From contig JAZNSF010000007.1 in the NCBI GenBank assembly GCA_045591095.1, positions 11,918 to 75,917 on the forward strand: DNA of 64,000 bases. Reading direction: 5' to 3'. The notes under the pieces were generated by a model, which was given only the letters and a program-made list of their open reading frames with translations, had not been told where the DNA came from and ran no database searches. Made by a program: the position numbers and the translations under genes. Below, one piece after another: positions 58,485 to 64,000 of the stretch (position 1 is its first letter; every line of letters starts with the position of its first letter). Origin of the DNA: Clostridia bacterium (GTDB lineage: Bacteria; Bacillota; Clostridia; Monoglobales; Monoglobaceae).

Positions 58485-59715
58485 CGCTAACCGTCCCTCC
58501 TTTTCGAGTTTCCAAAGCCGAAATTGCCTGCATTATACCCAAGGACGCAAAGCTCACCACGATGGACGTTCCGCCATAGCTTACAAAGGGCAGAGTTATT
58601 CCGGTCAAGGGAATAAACTTTATTACTCCACCAATAATTATAAAGGTCTGCAGTGAAAACATAAGAGTAAGTCCAATCCCTACTGCCTTATTGTAAGAGT
58701 TTTGTGTGTTAAGGGTTATTTTGAAGCATCTATATGCAAGCAAAAAGTACAGTATAATAATAGCTGCACCGCCAAATACGCCCATCTCCTCGCAAATTGC
58801 CGAAAATATAAAGTCTGTGTGAACTTCAGGTATGTAGTCGGGACTACCGTTACCAATGCCGCGCCCAAAATATCCGCCCGAGCTGATAGCAAACAGTGAC
58901 TGAGCAATCTGATACCCTTTGTTTGCAACGTCTTCCCAAGGGTCAAGCCAAACTCCTACACGCACCTTTATATGATACAAAAATACATATCCCAAAAATC
59001 CAACCACTACAGAGGCCAAAACATTTGCCCACAAAAACCATTTTTCTTCTTCGTAGACATAAATCATAAATATAAAAATCAAAAATACGACCAAAATGGT
59101 CCCCCAGTCACGCTGAAGCACCAAAAATAATATATAAAGATAAGTAACCGCCCCGGTCATTAAAGTCGGCGATACCTTTAAAAACGGTTTGTTAAAGCTT
59201 CCTGAATACTTACATGCGAGGAACATTATATAAAGAATTTTTATAATCTCGGACGGCTGAAATGATAGCGGTCCTACACTGATCCAGTTGCGCGAGCCAT
59301 TAACTGTGTCGCCCAGTACCAGTGTCATTATAAATAGTGCTGTCCCAACCAGTACATAAATCATCCAAAGTCTGTTCCAAAAACGTATATTGTAAAAAAA
59401 ACAATATGTCACAAAAAATACTATCGCTCCTACGCCTATCCAGACAATCTGCCTTGCGCCCATAACAATTTCTAAGCGGCAAAGCATAATTACACCGACT
59501 GTCATCAGCATAAAGGCTATAAGCACCAAAAACTTATCTCCCATACTGCAAATAACGAGTATAGAATATATAAGTACAAACAGTCCCAAAAAACCAAGTC
59601 CGACATAAAGGATGCTCAGCTGCCAGGCATTTTTGGCGCAAAGAAGAGCAAAACCAAGAATAGCCATAATCACCATAGGGTATGCCGGAAGCTTGTAATT
59701 TGCTGTTTTCATCAC
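58477..59715 (-). CDS. SEDS-family peptidoglycan polymerase (FtsW/RodA/SpoVE)
   Basis: Ten-TM protein with the conserved C-terminal GITLPFVSYGGTS. Confidence 0.9.
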   Translation of the reverse strand: MMKTANYKLPAYPMVIMAILGFALLCAKNAWQLSILYVGLGFLGLFVLIYSILVICSMGDKFLVLIAFMLMTVGVIMLCRLEIVMGARQIVWIGVGAIVFFVTYCFFYNIRFWNRLWMIYVLVGTALFIMTLVLGDTVNGSRNWISVGPLSFQPSEIIKILYIMFLACKYSGSFNKPFLKVSPTLMTGAVTYLYILFLVLQRDWGTILVVFLIFIFMIYVYEEEKWFLWANVLASVVVGFLGYVFLYHIKVRVGVWLDPWEDVANKGYQIAQSLFAISSGGYFGRGIGNGSPDYIPEVHTDFIFSAICEEMGVFGGAAIIILYFLLAYRCFKITLNTQNSYNKAVGIGLTLMFSLQTFIIIGGVIKFIPLTGITLPFVSYGGTSIVVSFASLGIMQAISALETRKGGTVSDD

Positions 59716-60245
59716 GACACCACCTCGAAAATTACACGAAGGCCACCAAACAAAAGCTCGTCCCCGTCATGAATCGGTTTTACCTTTTTGAGTCTTATTT
59801 CGTTTAGGAATGTACCATTTTTGCTGCCCATATCTGCAACAAACCAGTCACCATCATCATGCCAAATCTGAAAATGCTCAACCGACAAATACATATCCTG
59901 TATGGATATGTCACAGTTTTTGCCGCGGCCGATTATTGCGCCTTTTTCGCTTATTTTGTATGAAGACTTCATACGGCTTTCGATAGATTCCTTGGACTTT
60001 ATGGTTTTTAGTCTGGCTGATGGGGGAACGTACTTGACGGTCCTTTCCTCCTCATCAAATTCCACACTCTCTTCCTCGATATCCTCGTCATCCTCATAGT
60101 CGTCAAGTTCGCGTTCGCCACGGTTTGCCTTTTTTATGTCTAAGTAAATAAGTGCAATAACACTGAATATAAAAAGGTATATTATAACCGTGAAAACGTA
60201 GCTTAAAATTGACGATACAAACGAATATATTGACATAAATAGCAT
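59712..60245 (-). CDS. Membrane-anchored FHA-domain protein (FhaB-like)
   Basis: N-terminal TM helix, acidic linker, and a C-terminal FHA domain (GRGKNCDI...SVEHFQI...D.GSKNGTFLN). The start is uncertain, between 60260 and 60236. Confidence 0.82.
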   Translation of the reverse strand: MLFMSIYSFVSSILSYVFTVIIYLFIFSVIALIYLDIKKANRGERELDDYEDDEDIEEESVEFDEEERTVKYVPPSARLKTIKSKESIESRMKSSYKISEKGAIIGRGKNCDISIQDMYLSVEHFQIWHDDGDWFVADMGSKNGTFLNEIRLKKVKPIHDGDELLFGGLRVIFEVVS

Positions 60246-60338
60246 CCCGCCTCCTCTCATTCTTCGGACGAAAATGGCAAAAAGGCCGCCTGAAAAGCAT
60301 ATATCTTTACTTTTCAGATAGCCTCAAAAAATCCAGGA

Positions 60339-61802
60339 TTATTTTGCCTCGCCGCTCGATTCTTCTGTTTCTTCTTCTGCAGGCGCCCCGAAATAATCAT
60401 TAAGGTCAATATTTACTGTCATATTATCATATACGCCCTTTTTGATTCTGACAGCCGCTTTTTTACCTATACTGTCAATATAATCTTCTGCTGTAACCGC
60501 TCGTTCAACACGCTTTATAATATGATAACCATAGTCTGTTTCAACCAAACCGCTTATCTCGCCAACCTCAAGTTCAAATGACGCTTCCTCAAACTCCGGA
60601 ACCATTGTTCCATCCTTTTTGAAGGTATATCCGGTTGGGTCATTTTTCATGCCCGGGTCATCGTTATATTCATCTATAAGCTTTTCAAATTCTTCGCCGT
60701 TCTTAGCTTTTTCCAAAACCATCTCGGCTTCTTTTTTTGCATTTTCCTTTTCTTCTTCGCTACTTACCTCAATCAAAATATGCTTTACAGTAATCTTGTC
60801 GTCGCCTAAACCTTTCTTAATGTCATCTGTTACATAGCTGTCGAGATTAGCCATTATATCCTCATAAACCTTTTGTGAGTAAACCTGTATCTTCTGAACT
60901 TCAAATAGTGTAGTTTCGTCAGCATATCCGCTTTTTTTGAGGACGTTCTCAAACTCGTCTCCATAATTTGTCTTCTGTTTGTCAATCCAGTCGCGTATTT
61001 GCATTTCATCCTCTTCGGTAAAAACAATTCCGCGTTTTTCGCCCTCGGCTATAACTGCATATACCGGTGCCAGCGAGTCAAGTGCCATAGCCTTTGAAAG
61101 CTCGTTATATGAAAGTCCGCTTGTCTTGTCCACAGCATTCCAGTCAAAGTCTGAAACATCTTGAATCATACCCATTTGCAGCATAGAATACGCGCAATTG
61201 ATACCTGTCGAGTTTACAAAAAACTGAAATGCATTTTTGTCAACAGTCACGCCATCTACTTTCATCACCGCATTTTTATCGTTTCCGAATATCGCTAAGA
61301 TGGGGTTTTCGTATTTGATATTATCAGTTTTTTCGCCATCTTCCTGCAAAGCGGATATAGGCTTGTTTACTACTGTATTGCCAAAAGTCCCCTCGGTGTA
61401 GCAAGTAAAAAATGCAGCTAAAGCCACTACAGCCAAAACAACTGCCGCAATTATACCGAAAAACTTGATTCTTTTCTTTTTTCTGGCTTTAAGCTCGGCG
61501 ATTTCCTCTTCACTAAGTTTAACTACTTCTTCCCCTGGCACTTCAACTTCTGCTGTTTCTTCTGCTACTTCCTCTAAAGCCTCTTGTGTTTCCTCTTCCT
61601 TGGAAGCATCTTCGTTATCCTCTTCAACAAAGGCACTTTTATCCTCTGTCAGTTCTTCTTCAAAAGTTTCAGCTGCATCCACTTCTTCTGCCACAGGCTC
61701 TTCCAAAACCTCTGTTTCCAAAGCTTCTACGCTTTCTGAGACTAGTTCCTCATTTAGTTCTTCTCTTCTTTTGTTTTCGTTTTCCATACAAATACTCTCC
61801 AT
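60339..61802 (-). CDS. PrsA/SurA-like peptidyl-prolyl isomerase with an acidic N-terminal tail
   Basis: About 100 aa of E/D-rich tail, a TM helix, a chaperone-like domain, and a parvulin domain (VKHILI...GYHIIK). Confidence 0.85.
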   Translation of the reverse strand: MESICMENENKRREELNEELVSESVEALETEVLEEPVAEEVDAAETFEEELTEDKSAFVEEDNEDASKEEETQEALEEVAEETAEVEVPGEEVVKLSEEEIAELKARKKKRIKFFGIIAAVVLAVVALAAFFTCYTEGTFGNTVVNKPISALQEDGEKTDNIKYENPILAIFGNDKNAVMKVDGVTVDKNAFQFFVNSTGINCAYSMLQMGMIQDVSDFDWNAVDKTSGLSYNELSKAMALDSLAPVYAVIAEGEKRGIVFTEEDEMQIRDWIDKQKTNYGDEFENVLKKSGYADETTLFEVQKIQVYSQKVYEDIMANLDSYVTDDIKKGLGDDKITVKHILIEVSSEEEKENAKKEAEMVLEKAKNGEEFEKLIDEYNDDPGMKNDPTGYTFKKDGTMVPEFEEASFELEVGEISGLVETDYGYHIIKRVERAVTAEDYIDSIGKKAAVRIKKGVYDNMTVNIDLNDYFGAPAEEETEESSGEAK

Positions 61803-61840
61803 TCTATATTTTAATTTTTGTCGTATATATATTCAACTGC

Positions 61841-62665
61841 TTATAAGCGTATTGTTTCTCCTGCCTTTACGCAGTATACTTCTCTATCAATTTCTGCCCA
61901 GACATCAATCGCTGACGGATTGTGTATAATCTTTTTGTCAAAGCTTGTCAGGAGTCTTTCATAAGCCTTTACATAATCATAAATCTCGATATTTGTAGCA
62001 TACCAGATGTGTTTATGACCTCCGGCATATTCGCAAAACTTTTCAAAAAGTTCCCAGTTGTCATCATTATCAAATTCGTAGCTATGTCCCCACAGATAAA
62101 ACATCTCTGCATTGCCAAACTTATTCGGGACCTCGACAAACTTCTTTATAAGCTCGTCAAGATGCTCGTAGCGGTGACTGCAGGTTGGGTGAAGCATCAG
62201 CCAGTTTTCGGGGAACCCAAAACCATATGTCGCATTAACCGTTCTTGCATAGCAAATATGACATTTTTCCAGTATGTCAATAACTTTTTGATTGTACGTT
62301 CCAAAAGGATAAGCCATACCCCTTGCAAGCTGTCCATAATCGTTTTCTATAGCTTTTCGGTCTTCTGTTATCTGATATATCATCTCAGCTGTATCCAATT
62401 TTTCCAAAAATACATGATTGTAAGTATGAACACCAACCTCGTGCCCGGAATTTATATAAAGCTCCTTTGCTTCCGAAAGCTTCATTATGCCCGCATATTT
62501 TTCACGAACAGCATCCTCAGGGAGATACAAACCCGAATTAACATTAAAAGTCCCCTTGATGCCGTGTTTGTCCAAAATCCCAATCATTCTTATGTCCTGA
62601 ACAACCCCGTCGTCATAACTTAAAGTCAAGACCTTTAGTTTCCCATCCTTAAGTCTCATTTTCAT
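61841..62665 (-). CDS. Polysaccharide deacetylase family (NodB-homology) protein, no signal peptide seen
   Basis: LSYDDG motif and HTYNH histidines. Confidence 0.8.
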   Translation of the reverse strand: MKMRLKDGKLKVLTLSYDDGVVQDIRMIGILDKHGIKGTFNVNSGLYLPEDAVREKYAGIMKLSEAKELYINSGHEVGVHTYNHVFLEKLDTAEMIYQITEDRKAIENDYGQLARGMAYPFGTYNQKVIDILEKCHICYARTVNATYGFGFPENWLMLHPTCSHRYEHLDELIKKFVEVPNKFGNAEMFYLWGHSYEFDNDDNWELFEKFCEYAGGHKHIWYATNIEIYDYVKAYERLLTSFDKKIIHNPSAIDVWAEIDREVYCVKAGETIRL

Positions 62666-62722
62666 ATTATTTCCCCCCCCTTCCTTTCAGACAAAATTTA
62701 AGAGTAAAAAATCACCAAGCCA

Positions 62723-63205
62723 CTACCTTGCTATCTTACCTGACTTTGCGCCGATAAGTTCGATTAGATTATCCGGTGGAAGTTCAACCTGATACCCGAT
62801 TTTCCCGGCGCTGAAAACTATGGTTTCAAACTTTTTCGAGGACTCGTCAACAACTGTTACATACTGTTTTTTCATACCTATGGGCGAGCAACCGCCTCTT
62901 ACGTAGCCTGTAATTTTGTTGATGTCCTTTACCTGTATCATTTCAACCGATTTTTCGCCCACAGCCGCGGCGCAGGCCTTAAGGTCAAGTTCGCACGTCA
63001 CGGGGATAACAAAAACATAATATTTTTTTGAAGGAGAAGCCGTAACCAATGTCTTAAATACTTTTTCTGGATTTTTCCCTATTTTCTCGGCTACCGAGCA
63101 TCCGTCAAAGTTCCCGTCTGCGTCGTAGGTGTGTAATTTATATTCAATCTTATTTGTTTCGAGAATTCTCATTACATTTGTTTTAAAGTTTGCCAAAAAA
63201 ATCAC
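62723..63205 (-). CDS. ybaK: Cys-tRNA(Pro)/Cys-tRNA(Cys) deacylase YbaK
   Basis: KTNVMRILE N-terminus and GGCSPIG motif. The start is either GTG 63205 or TTG 63196. Confidence 0.85.
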   Translation of the reverse strand: MIFLANFKTNVMRILETNKIEYKLHTYDADGNFDGCSVAEKIGKNPEKVFKTLVTASPSKKYYVFVIPVTCELDLKACAAAVGEKSVEMIQVKDINKITGYVRGGCSPIGMKKQYVTVVDESSKKFETIVFSAGKIGYQVELPPDNLIELIGAKSGKIAR

Positions 63206-63291
63206 CCGACCATTTTAATAAAATTGCATGTATTCCAATTGCAAAAATCAATTATAAATATTTACACAACTACTCCATTGTACCAAATAAA

Positions 63292-63320
63292 ATTGTATCA
63301 CACTTACCCCGAATTTGCAA
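63292..63320 (-). promoter_or_regulatory. Candidate ybaK promoter
   Basis: On the minus strand: TTGCAA (63320-63315), 17 nt, TACAAT (63297-63292). Confidence 0.5.
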
Positions 63321-63399
63321 CATTTTTTAGCATCTCCTATAACTTTATTTTCTGTGGAATAAATTTTTTGTTGAGATTTCTCAAAGAAATTAATTTTTA

Positions 63400-63447
63400 C
63401 ACAAAGAAAATAGGCAAAGTTACAAACTCTGCCTATTTTATATTTTA
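63400..63447. terminator. Bidirectional intrinsic terminator
   Basis: AAAATAGGCA (63407-63416) pairs with TGCCTATTTT (63430-63439). T-rich runs are present on both strands. Confidence 0.75.
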
Positions 63448-63859
63448 CCAACTACTTTAATTGTCACCCAAAAGAATTATCTTCTCTGCTTTCAGCAAAA
63501 ACACATTTTTTAAAGTCTTATGTGTGCAGCCTTATTTATTATTTTAATCACTTTCTACGGCAGTTAAGGTTCTGTCGGCTTTTTTGTAGAGTACAGCATC
63601 TCTCCGGCAATTTGTCAGTATGTCCGGCTACATTCAACGATACGTTTTGCTTACAATGTGCTTTCAAAAGATTACTTACACAAAGGTCAATGATACATTT
63701 TTTTCAATTCACAAGGTTACTATGACAAGCCCATGTATCATATAGGTGTATCAAACCTAAACGGCTTCTACATTATAAAATAATGTACCTCCGGAAATTC
63801 CCCGGAACGCTCTGAGCCTAAACACTATTTACCCTCGCTCAGACGAGCCTCTTTTTCAT
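63400..63859 (-). ncRNA. Candidate unannotated non-coding transcript of about 460 nt, class unknown
   Basis: It is bounded by a consensus promoter and a strong terminator. There are no convincing ORFs. Several local and long-range helices are present (see findings). Confidence 0.4.
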
Positions 63860-63864
63860 TTTCT

Positions 63865-63893
63865 ATTATACCATAACCAAAAATGTTTGTCAA
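63865..63893 (-). promoter_or_regulatory. Consensus sigma-A promoter of the ORF-less unit
   Basis: On the minus strand: TTGACA (63893-63888), 17 nt, TGgTATAAT (63873-63865). Confidence 0.7.
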
Positions 63894-63915
63894 CATATTA
63901 CATTAAATCTATAAC

Positions 63916-63961
63916 ATAACGGTTTACCCGTACACGAAATCGCGCACGGGTAAACCGTTAT
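63916..63961. other. 16-bp perfect hairpin, probably the transcript end of a gene lying beyond the window
   Basis: ATAACGGTTTACCCGT / ACGGGTAAACCGTTAT with a 14-nt loop. The U-run on the minus strand is only weak. Confidence 0.4.
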
Positions 63962-64000
63962 AATTGCAAATCAGCCCCCGCAGAACCCCCTCCGTACTCA

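Noticed and set aside
63400-63470. T-box riboswitch controlling ybaK (the GTTGGTA / GGGTGACA sequences just before the terminator)
   Set aside because: No sequence upstream can pair with the terminator 5' arm to form an antiterminator. The terminator lies about 195 nt from the ybaK start, with a separate promoter in between.
63962-63985. tmRNA 5' end (minus-strand GGGGCTGATTTGCAA resembles GGGGCUGAUU...)
   Set aside because: No following UUCGAC element, tag reading frame or tRNA-like 3' end is present. The segment is followed immediately by a simple 16-bp hairpin.

Overview
This window looks like core chromosome of a low-GC, endospore-forming Firmicute of Clostridia type. The evidence is a complete spoIIIAA-AH operon, a SpoIID-like gene, an IspH-S1 fusion, Ddh-type lysine/DAP synthesis and cdaA-cdaR. 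Nearly all genes are on the minus strand and are housekeeping. They include ileS (type 2), a ClpE-like ATPase, rnc, acpP, pgsA, rimO, recX, recA, a 4-gene UDP-L-FucNAc (capD/E/F/G-like) cassette, an XRE regulator with comEC, murD, cmk-plsC-ispH/S1, ychF, cdaA-cdaR, proS, copA, secDF, yajC, tgt, queA, asd-dapB, an NhaC-family transporter, ddh, trmO, hflX, an FHA-RodA-bPBP module, a PrsA-like foldase and ybaK. I see no CRISPR array, transposase, integrase, tRNA/rRNA gene or recognisable multi-gene defence system. The parts not explained by ordinary annotation are three ORF-poor stretches. (1) 878-1510 is a GC-rich island packed with a short repeat family and long perfect hairpins. (2) 1500-1990 holds two tandem, clearly homologous modules of promoter, structured RNA, terminator and SD; only the second is followed by an ORF (70 aa, orphan). 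(3) 63400-63893 has a consensus promoter driving about 460 nt of ORF-less, hairpin-rich RNA that ends at a strong terminator, upstream of and separate from ybaK. None of these matches an RNA family I can name from memory, and all need a covariance-model search and transcript data. Smaller oddities include a DnaJ-type zinc-finger add-on on the NhaC transporter, a terminator-like hairpin that sequesters an SD downstream of yajC, and a 21-bp perfect palindrome between convergent genes. All functional calls rest on motifs read from the supplied translations and remembered family knowledge. No database search was run.
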